64,000 bases of DNA, taken from a virus. The stretch lies in the IMG/VR virus record IMGVR_UViG_3300009130_000002. The stretch is one strand, 5' to 3'. The position numbers were made by a program, and so were the translations under genes. The notes below the pieces were generated by a model. That model ran no database searches. It saw only the letters and a list, made by a program, of their open reading frames with translations, and was not told the origin of the DNA. Of this stretch, positions 56,752-64,000 are shown piece by piece (the first letter of the stretch is position 1; the number at the start of each line of letters is the position of its first letter).

Positions 56752-56796
56752 TTGTTTCTCCTTAGAAACTGGTTAATGTTGCATTAAAAAAAGAAA

Positions 56797-57570
56797 GCCA
56801 CAGGGACTACCCCCCCACTACGGTACAAGGACCTAGTGTGTGTAGAGGGTAGTGCCTATAGCTACGGTATACTGACTCACATTGTTAATTTCCTGTGGTA
56901 TACAGGGGTGCATACATGGCCCTTGGTATGTGATTGCTATACATGGTGTGCATACCCAGGATTAGGTATACTTACCATGCTATAGCCCTGCTAGTGCATG
57001 CATGTACCCATACAGGGTTATGCTTCGCCAGTAGCAGGCCACACCAAGGGGTGTATCAACACCCTCTTCTTATTCATGTACCCATACGTATACTATTGCT
57101 AGAACATGGGGGTACATGTATTAGGAGACTTGTGTGTAGACTTGACCTAGGGACGCTACTCCCGACTACACACCACCACATCTACCTGCTATGGATGCAC
57201 AAGTAGATGCTGTGCCCTGTGCAGCAAGACTAAGGGAGTACACACTGGGCATACTCATGGTGTACATTGCATACACCAGTCTCACTACACTCACCACTTG
57301 CATGGTGATGGGCTAGACATGTCAAGGCAGGGCATACTCATGATCGTAGTGTAGGGAGGATTAGTCCCCGTCATCATCAATGAGTACTAAGATGTGTACA
57401 CACTAGGTAATACACATAATAGTACTTGCATTGAGCACTACTGCTATCAAGAGTACGATGCCAAGGCATGTCTCTCCAGAATCGATGAATGGGCTGTCTC
57501 CTAGCAGCCTCATCCACCGATGAAGACGATTACTTGGGACAACCCCAAGCATCATCTACTCCTTCAGGGA
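56797..57570. other. non-coding block lacking A/T homopolymers, rich in CATG/GTAC and short hairpins
   Basis: no AAA and one TTT in about 775 bp; 13 CATG and 10 GTAC counted; no convincing ORF; lies at the strand switch. Confidence 0.75.
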
Positions 57571-57745
57571 GCATTAAAAAAAAAGAAAACCCACCCCGGG
57601 GTCATTGAACGTTGCAGGTACCCTAACGACTACATTAAATACTAGGCACCCTCGTAAATAATTTTGAGAATCCTCCCCTAAAACCCTTTTTTGAGTAATT
57701 CTATAATAATAATTATCTCAAAATCGCCGCATATAGTGATTTTTA

Positions 57746-58021
57746 TTGTCTTTCTCCTCTCAATATGTTAATTTCCTCAGCATGGCTGAAAATACAAACA
57801 ACCTAAATCAACTTGGCGACATAATCTCCTCCCTTTCTACTCTAGAAAAACGAGTCAAAAATTCCGGTTTCGAACGAACCGCTGGGCTCCGCGCCTCGAT
57901 GGGAGATGACTGCTCTTACTATCAAAAATCCTTAAAACTATTTTTGAAAAATGATTTAGTTGATTTAAAACATCTTCTGGTTAAACTGGTAGAAGAAATC
58001 GATGCCTTTGAGAGGTCTTAG
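57746..58021 (+). CDS. hypothetical protein
   Basis: first rightward ORF; probable start MAEN at 57782. Confidence 0.55.
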   Translation: MSFSSQYVNFLSMAENTNNLNQLGDIISSLSTLEKRVKNSGFERTAGLRASMGDDCSYYQKSLKLFLKNDLVDLKHLLVKLVEEIDAFERS

Positions 58022-58856
58022 AATGGACTCTAAGAAACGAAAAAAAATTGAAGGTGAATCTGCATTCACCTCAGAAAATCGCGAGAGAAAGGATCTGGTA
58101 ACCCTAGGGGGTACTGCACGTACCATTTCTGGCAAGGTAACTAAGTCAAACTACTTTAGGTTCCTTGAGCACGATCTCGACAACTATGAAGACATCGAAT
58201 TAGATGCAAAACAAGCTAAAAAGATCCACACCCACTTGAGTAAACTCAGCACTGGCTCTGCAGCCATGGTTCCAATTTACTGTGCAGGGTCTAAATGCCC
58301 CTTTGCACATCGTTGTCCCCTAGTTGAAATAGACAAGGCCCCAGTGGGCCGTCAGTGTATCATCGAAGTTCAGCTAATGAGAGAGTGGACAATGCGTTAT
58401 TTCGAGGAATATGATGTAGATCCTAACAATTTTACTGAAATTGGCTACATCAACGAGCTAGCAGAGATTGAAATCCTCCTCAATCGCTTAAATATGAACT
58501 TGGCTAAGCCTGAAAACGCCGAATTGGTGATAGATCAGGTAGCACATGTAACACATGACGGTACACCCATCCTCCAAAAGCAACTTTCCCCCTTTATGGA
58601 GCAGAAAGAACGACTTCAAAACCGACGTAGCAAGGTAATTAAGCTAATGGTCGGAGACAGACAAGAGAGATACAAGAAGGAATCAGCACTAAAAGTGAAA
58701 GTAGACCAAGATCCTTCATCCCAAATGGCAAACATGAGAGGAAAGCTAGAAGCTTTACAAAGAAACCTTGACGTTGCGGCGGGAGAAGCTTCTTCTATAC
58801 AAAAGGAGAGCAGAATGACTCCCCAAGATCTAATCGATGCTGCTATTGAAGAATAG
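58002..58856 (+). CDS. Cys-motif helical protein, possibly terminase small subunit-like
   Basis: YCAGSKCPFAHRCP...QCIIE motif plus C-terminal coiled coil; the terminase idea rests on position and architecture only. Confidence 0.4.
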   Translation: MPLRGLRMDSKKRKKIEGESAFTSENRERKDLVTLGGTARTISGKVTKSNYFRFLEHDLDNYEDIELDAKQAKKIHTHLSKLSTGSAAMVPIYCAGSKCPFAHRCPLVEIDKAPVGRQCIIEVQLMREWTMRYFEEYDVDPNNFTEIGYINELAEIEILLNRLNMNLAKPENAELVIDQVAHVTHDGTPILQKQLSPFMEQKERLQNRRSKVIKLMVGDRQERYKKESALKVKVDQDPSSQMANMRGKLEALQRNLDVAAGEASSIQKESRMTPQDLIDAAIEE

Positions 58857-61800
58857 TGGCAAGAAGGTCAAAGAATCCAAACCGAATATTTTGGGATACT
58901 GAAACCACTGGTGTAGGTAAAGTATCAAGAGGCTCCCACGCATTAAAGTCTGCTATCATGGAGATAGGCTTTTCTAGTGGAGGACGTACACCTGAAAGCT
59001 TACAAGCTGCTCCTGCTGAAGAGGAGATGTCCCTCTGGTCTTACAACACTGTCTGGAAGGCCCTTGAAAAGAACAGACGAGTTAAGCTCATGGATCAGGC
59101 CCTTCAAACAGAAGAGCAGATCCTAAGATCATTCCTAAAACACTTAAATGATGCCCCCACTGGTTCTGAACTTATTGGTTGGAATACAGGCTATAATCCA
59201 ATTGTAGCCCTTCCTGGCTCTAGGATGTCTGGTTATGACCTAACCATGGCAACAACCAGAGCTGCCATGTATGGAATGGACCAGGAATTCAAAGAAGCCT
59301 TTGCTAGACACGAAATTCGAGACCTTGGTGCTGAATTCGCTGTGGGCTTCGTCAGAGGCCTTTATGAGGGTCAGGGGGATCCTGCTATTGCTAGGCTCTT
59401 TCAAGCCGGTATATTGGATCCTCAGGCCGTCTATGGCCGAAAAATGGTTATTACCAACGAGTTCCTTCGTTATAAGCTCTCTGAAGGGATAGATATTGAA
59501 AAAGTTGTTAACAATCTAGACAAAGACACACTAGCTAAACTTACTCCAAGTAGTTCGATTGAAGAGGCCTTAGGTAAGATAGCTAAGCTAACGAAGAAAG
59601 AGGCGATCAAGGGGGAATCAGTATTAGATAGCAAGTTGTTGCAGCAGGCTTATGGTTATTATCAGCAGATTAAGATCTCCGAATCAATGCTGAAGACAAC
59701 TGATGAACGTGAGATAGCTAAGAATTTATCTGCAAGAAATAAACAATTTGCTGGTTGGGCTCAGGAAACTGTTATGCGGTCCTTTATGGACCACTTTAAG
59801 AAGTGGAATTACGACCCAGCAACAGGGGCTAGATCTGAAAACCTAGATCATCCCATTGTTAAAGCCTTTGCAGAGCAACAGGGTGTTTCCCCCAAGCAGG
59901 CTTGGAAAACCCTTACTGGTCCCCAGGCCCACTTAGCTGCTGAAGATATTAAGCTCATTATGGCTATGATAGATGAGGTCGAAAATATCGAATCTCTCAT
60001 GGCTGATCCTGAAGCTGGAAAACGATTTGTTTCTCAATGGGGTCATCATGCTCAGATGAGAAAGATGAAAACCAGTGCTATGACCAAGGGGATTACTGGC
60101 GATGCCTTGGCAGAGCTTAGAAGACCTTCTGATGGCTCAGAACCCTTTGCTAATCTAGTAGCTGAAGCACGCTTTATCAGGGAGCTAGCAGAAGATGCCC
60201 GTGTTAAATACGGAGATGTTCCAGGCCTGGATTATGAAGAAGAGATAAAGAGGCTTCAACCAGGAGAAAACCTTGAGGATAAATTCAATCTAAAAACTAG
60301 CAGGAGTATTGAAGAACTCGGTATTGGTCAGGAAGCTCTAAGAGACGAGATCAAAGAGAAGATTAAAGCTAGCGTAGCACAGCCAGGATTAAGTAGAGGC
60401 AAGATAGGGGGAATAGCCACAGGGGTCATTGCAGCTTCGATAACTTACAATGCAATAGACCCTCTGGGCGGTGGAAACGAGAATAGTCAAGAATTTGTAA
60501 AGAGTATGGATTCTTACTGGCAGCACACTCTGCTTGGGATACCTCGAATCGCTGGAAATGATGATCAGTACAATACCATCCAGGGCCTTCGTCATGGGCG
60601 AGCCGCAGGCGACTTAAGAAGAAGATATACCGATTTTGGTTCTGGCTGGGATCCCAATCGAGGAATCGCCGACGAACAATCAGATCCAGGTTTTTCTCTT
60701 CAGCCCGAATTGGACATTTTTGGAGTTAAGCCTCAAGGAAGAAGCAAAGATCAAATTTTGCGATTTCGACGAACGGACCAGCACGAGAAAAACACCTCTC
60801 TTGTTAGTTATCTTAGGGATTTTGTTGCCGAGGGGGTTAACCCTGTGCCGCCAGTTGACACTGCCTTTGGTGTGAATATGGATCCTCGCGTCTTAGAGTT
60901 CAGGAGAAATACTCTTCAAGATCCAGAAGCATATGCCGATTTTCAGGAAAACTATAGAGCTGCACAGCGTGAGGGTCGAGATGCTTTAGGTAAATTGTAT
61001 AGAGCAGATATGTTTGAAGAGGATCTCTCTAACTTCAAGGGTATTAGCTTGCAAGCTTCTAATTTACGAGCGATCGCCTTGAAAAACTTCACAATGGAAG
61101 TGGAGGATGCAGATACTCTCGTACTGAACAGGAAGGGCCTTTCGAATATTTTTGAAAAGCCAATTATGGTTCGTTTATCAGGAATCGATGCTCCCGAAGT
61201 TGCTGGTCACGGTCATGACCCTATGGCTCCTTGGCGTATAAATCAAGATCAGCCTTATGGCCGAGAGGCAACAGCAGTCTTACAGAATCTAGTTGATAAT
61301 CAGGAAAATCTCAGTCTTCTGATTGATCCCACACAAACAACTTATGGACGATATGTAGGTGCTATTTTTGGAGACGAAGGAGAGTCTTTAAACCTAGAGC
61401 TTATCAAGCAAGGTGCGGTTTCTGCCCTGCCTTGGGGAGATAGAACTGGGGATATTGTAGATAGATCAATTGCTGAAGAATACGAAACTCAAGCTTATGA
61501 AGAAGAACGTGGGATGTGGAAAAACACACGTTATAAAGCAACTAGGCAGATGGGTAAGGTTCTTGGAACAGACATTACACACAACACTTTCACTGACATA
61601 ACTAAGCTAGCAAAGAAACCTGCATTAGCAGAATATGCGCATTACCTAGATTCAATGCCCAGAGGCAGCTATCAAGAATTAGATAAAGCAGACAAGTACA
61701 ATATACGACAAATGTCTAAGAATCTAAACAGACAAGGCATTGGAAATAAAAGACGCCCGGTCTGGCAAAAGGGTTACAATAAACAAGGACGAACTTACAG

Positions 61801-62464
61801 ACAAAGATCAGCACAGAATCCCTATATGCCTTTGACCTCTGCAGATGCTGCCTATATGAACATTGAGGGATTAGGTCATGGGGGCATGGCTGGTGTTAAT
61901 AGATCTGAAACTGGATTTGGTTCCCCATTCAATCTCGTAAAATCTGCCGAACATGGCTTGCAGCTGTCTGAACAACTAAAACAAACCTTAGTAAAAACAG
62001 ATGGTTCTATCCCTAGGCCAGGAACTCAAGATGAATCTTTTAAACCAGTAAATACATACAAACTCCTTCAAAGTGCCAGTACCCTTCACAACCTAGGGCA
62101 GGTCATGCAGGGTACTGACAGAGAGCAAGCGAATTTCCTTTCTAGCGAGATCTCTGGCAAAGGTCAAGGGTTTTCTGCAGTGGTGAACACTTTTCAGGAA
62201 GTTCCCAGCAAACCCCTGCAAATAAATGAACAAATTCCAAATTTTTCTGGTAAAAAACAAACGAGTGGTGTAGAGTCACACTTGACCGATTTGAGAGCGG
62301 GACAACATGGGGCAAGCGAATCCCATAGGGCTAAAAAGCTAACAAATTGGTACCAGTCTCATCGCAGAGCAGTTGAGCTTGCGAGTAGACATGCTCACAA
62401 CCCAGGCAAGCGATCTCGAATGGGGAGTGGAGCAGGAGAGTTTCCGTTAGGAACTCTTTCTTGA
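58856..62464 (+). CDS. 1202-aa protein: N-terminal DEDD exonuclease-like domain plus thermonuclease (SNase) domain
   Basis: FWDTETTG...LIGWN...GYDL; EDADTL, VRLSGIDAPE, QPYGREA, TTYGRYVG, LNLELIKQG, EERGMW. Confidence 0.8.
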   Translation: MARRSKNPNRIFWDTETTGVGKVSRGSHALKSAIMEIGFSSGGRTPESLQAAPAEEEMSLWSYNTVWKALEKNRRVKLMDQALQTEEQILRSFLKHLNDAPTGSELIGWNTGYNPIVALPGSRMSGYDLTMATTRAAMYGMDQEFKEAFARHEIRDLGAEFAVGFVRGLYEGQGDPAIARLFQAGILDPQAVYGRKMVITNEFLRYKLSEGIDIEKVVNNLDKDTLAKLTPSSSIEEALGKIAKLTKKEAIKGESVLDSKLLQQAYGYYQQIKISESMLKTTDEREIAKNLSARNKQFAGWAQETVMRSFMDHFKKWNYDPATGARSENLDHPIVKAFAEQQGVSPKQAWKTLTGPQAHLAAEDIKLIMAMIDEVENIESLMADPEAGKRFVSQWGHHAQMRKMKTSAMTKGITGDALAELRRPSDGSEPFANLVAEARFIRELAEDARVKYGDVPGLDYEEEIKRLQPGENLEDKFNLKTSRSIEELGIGQEALRDEIKEKIKASVAQPGLSRGKIGGIATGVIAASITYNAIDPLGGGNENSQEFVKSMDSYWQHTLLGIPRIAGNDDQYNTIQGLRHGRAAGDLRRRYTDFGSGWDPNRGIADEQSDPGFSLQPELDIFGVKPQGRSKDQILRFRRTDQHEKNTSLVSYLRDFVAEGVNPVPPVDTAFGVNMDPRVLEFRRNTLQDPEAYADFQENYRAAQREGRDALGKLYRADMFEEDLSNFKGISLQASNLRAIALKNFTMEVEDADTLVLNRKGLSNIFEKPIMVRLSGIDAPEVAGHGHDPMAPWRINQDQPYGREATAVLQNLVDNQENLSLLIDPTQTTYGRYVGAIFGDEGESLNLELIKQGAVSALPWGDRTGDIVDRSIAEEYETQAYEEERGMWKNTRYKATRQMGKVLGTDITHNTFTDITKLAKKPALAEYAHYLDSMPRGSYQELDKADKYNIRQMSKNLNRQGIGNKRRPVWQKGYNKQGRTYRQRSAQNPYMPLTSADAAYMNIEGLGHGGMAGVNRSETGFGSPFNLVKSAEHGLQLSEQLKQTLVKTDGSIPRPGTQDESFKPVNTYKLLQSASTLHNLGQVMQGTDREQANFLSSEISGKGQGFSAVVNTFQEVPSKPLQINEQIPNFSGKKQTSGVESHLTDLRAGQHGASESHRAKKLTNWYQSHRRAVELASRHAHNPGKRSRMGSGAGEFPLGTLS

Positions 62465-62625
62465 TTTATTTTATATATAAATAATAATATTAATTAGTAT
62501 TATTATAACTAACTTAAACTAATATATATAATTAAAATAAATATTTTATTAATTACTAAATTAGTTACTAATTAGATTTATAAATAAAAACTAACTATAT
62601 ACTAATATATTTTATATAAAGGAGA
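62465..62625. promoter_or_regulatory. extremely AT-rich spacer
   Basis: about 160 bp with only a handful of G/C, ending just before an AAGGAGAG RBS. Confidence 0.6.
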
Positions 62626-62635
62626 GTTAGTAAAT

Positions 62636-63526
62636 ATGAGTTTTGTTACAGCATTAGGTAAGTTAAAGAGTTCTGCTTGGCAAGCAACTCTTAGAGGAGC
62701 TTCTAGAAGTAATACTGGAGCAATTATTGGTGATGTAATTCACACTGCTAGAAATTACAGTGCTAATGAATTTGCTGCTAAGTTAACTCCAGAAAATGTA
62801 CAAGACTGGTTTGCTACTAGAATTTTTGGTAATAGGGTAGGAATTCCTCCTATACAAAAAGCAGGACAAGCAGCAACTCCTTCTCCTTCACCACGTATTG
62901 CAAGTAATGATCCGGCCCAACTTCAAGGTAGAGCCCCAATAACAAATCCAGCAAGACTCCTTGGAACAGGCTCAATGCCTCCCCTACCTCCCACTCCTAC
63001 TACTACACAATCTATGGTTCGAGGAAGTTCCAGAGGTCCATTGGCCCGAAGGGGAGAGGGTGGACTTGTGAGGGCTTCCCCTGCTGGAGGAGGAAGAGGC
63101 CCAGGTTCTGCTCCTGGTCCTGGAGAGTTTAATGACGGTTGGACACGAAACTCAAATATGCTTTATAAAACAGGCAAGTGGGTAGCTGACAACCCCAAAA
63201 AAACATTAGGAGCCGTAGCAGCAGCTGCATTGGCAGGACCTATGGATTCAGCGGCTGGTTATCTTTATGGTGGTCCTGGATATGGTGGGTATATTGGATT
63301 TGGGGAAGGCCCACAAAGAGGAAGAAGCGCCCTTCAGGGTGCGAGAACTAATACAAATTATCAAGCTCAACAAATGGGACTTGCTGAACTTCGTGGGAAT
63401 CAAGTGTCTCCACAATACTCGCTTAGCGTCCCTCAGAGTCAACAGAGACGTTCAAGCTCAAGTCTTAGAGCCAGTACCCAGGGTCTGACTCTTGGTCTTC
63501 ACCAGGGTAGGCATGGAGGTTACTGA
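62636..63526 (+). CDS. Gly/Pro-rich protein, probably virion-associated
   Basis: 296 aa, low complexity, C-terminal QGLTLGLHQGRHGGY. Confidence 0.7.
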   Translation: MSFVTALGKLKSSAWQATLRGASRSNTGAIIGDVIHTARNYSANEFAAKLTPENVQDWFATRIFGNRVGIPPIQKAGQAATPSPSPRIASNDPAQLQGRAPITNPARLLGTGSMPPLPPTPTTTQSMVRGSSRGPLARRGEGGLVRASPAGGGRGPGSAPGPGEFNDGWTRNSNMLYKTGKWVADNPKKTLGAVAAAALAGPMDSAAGYLYGGPGYGGYIGFGEGPQRGRSALQGARTNTNYQAQQMGLAELRGNQVSPQYSLSVPQSQQRRSSSSLRASTQGLTLGLHQGRHGGY

Positions 63527-64000
63527 TGGAAGGTCCTAGCCCCTTTAGGATGCGAGTCGGGGATGTTCTCGCAAACACAGAGAATTATCTTCCTGGAGGA
63601 GTTAAGGATTGGTTCGGCCAAAATGGTGTTCGTTCTCAAGCAGGAAAACATTTCGCTGCAGCCTTTGGCTGGGATTTTGATTTTAAACCAGGAACTATGC
63701 AGCTCGGTAAAGGCACTGGCTGGATGGGTTCAAAAATCGTACAAAAACATGGATGGGCAAAGGCTCTCTCTTGGAAAGGTGGAACTGGATTTAAGAGGGC
63801 AGCATTCAGTGGTGCGGCTAGCTTGTTCTTTACTGCTTCTGATGCCTATATGGGCTACCAAGAAGAAGGAGTTTGGGGTGCAGTTAAGGGTGCTGGAACA
63901 GGTATGCTTATTGGTGCGGCTTTTAATAAGGCAGTCCCAGCTGTCTTTGGTCCAGGCTGGCAAGGAGCAAAAGCGGGATTTGGCTTAGGTAAAGCTGTGG
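63526..64000 (+). CDS. Gly/Ala-rich protein, truncated by the window end
   Basis: ATG overlaps the previous TGA; open to the end (MEGPSPFRMRVGDVLAN...GAVKGAGTGMLIGAAF...); missed by the track because it has no stop. Confidence 0.75.
   Translation, partial: MEGPSPFRMRVGDVLANTENYLPGGVKDWFGQNGVRSQAGKHFAAAFGWDFDFKPGTMQLGKGTGWMGSKIVQKHGWAKALSWKGGTGFKRAAFSGAASLFFTASDAYMGYQEEGVWGAVKGAGTGMLIGAAFNKAVPAVFGPGWQGAKAGFGLGKAV

Larger units (their letters stand above)
49200..57602 (-). terminator. 12 intergenic hairpin plus U-tract (plus TAATGC) elements
   Basis: copies at about 49200, 49696, 51060, 52312, 52698, 53305, 55247, 55641, 56061, 56433, 56772, 57571; several with cUUCGg loops on the minus strand. 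Confidence 0.8.

Noticed and set aside
2787-56787. Most plus-strand ORFs listed between 2.7 and 56.8 kb (e.g. 5616, 44197, 49756, 53616, 54732)
   Set aside because: They are antisense to longer, motif-bearing minus-strand genes and lack RBS or recognisable domains
56934-57206. 90-aa plus-strand ORF in the non-coding block
   Set aside because: No RBS, unusual composition; stop-free stretches of this length are expected by chance here
34470-57602. CRISPR array formed by the dispersed repeats
   Set aside because: The repeats are separated by whole genes of variable length and no cas genes are present
63563-63988. 141-aa plus-strand ORF in the track
   Set aside because: Out-of-frame shadow of the Gly-rich ORF that starts at 63526 and runs off the window
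1-64000. Stop-codon reassignment as seen in some jumbo phages
   Set aside because: Known families translate full-length under the standard code and gene packing is tight

Overview
A 64-kb segment that reads as a large (jumbo-type) bacteriophage genome in the standard genetic code; no host housekeeping operons are visible. From 268 to about 56,750 almost all real genes are on the minus strand. The AT-rich left part (about 0-34 kb) holds DNA/RNA-metabolism and host-like genes: radical SAM/SPASM, a Ycf46-type AAA+ ATPase with DUF1257 and DUF2997, HIRAN, RNase D-like exonuclease, RNase HI, a Whirly-like ssDNA-binding protein, ClpP, an IscS-like cysteine desulfurase, HNH nuclease, a retron-type reverse transcriptase, WGR, SpoVG, lytic transglycosylase, YbaB/EbfC, patatin and four tRNAs. 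The part from about 34 to 57 kb is an accessory/early-type region that becomes progressively GC-richer. It holds small genes (macro domain, DUF2828, 2H phosphoesterase, two SLOG proteins, DUF4326, 2OG-Fe(II) oxygenase, SSB, CCA-adding enzyme) separated by two families of repeated intergenic motifs. After a non-coding stretch of unusual composition (about 56.8-57.6 kb), transcription switches to the plus strand, with probable packaging/virion genes including a 1202-aa DEDD-exonuclease plus thermonuclease fusion. The strongest lead is a candidate phage-encoded retron-like module: a hairpin- and palindrome-dense 528-bp non-coding region, then a basic Cys/His protein, the RT and an HNH nuclease. 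Other leads are several ORF-free structured RNA candidates, a tRNA-like element with CAGCAA repeats in the DUF2828 leader, and DNA mini-hairpin repeats. All family calls come from motif recognition by eye; no database search was run.
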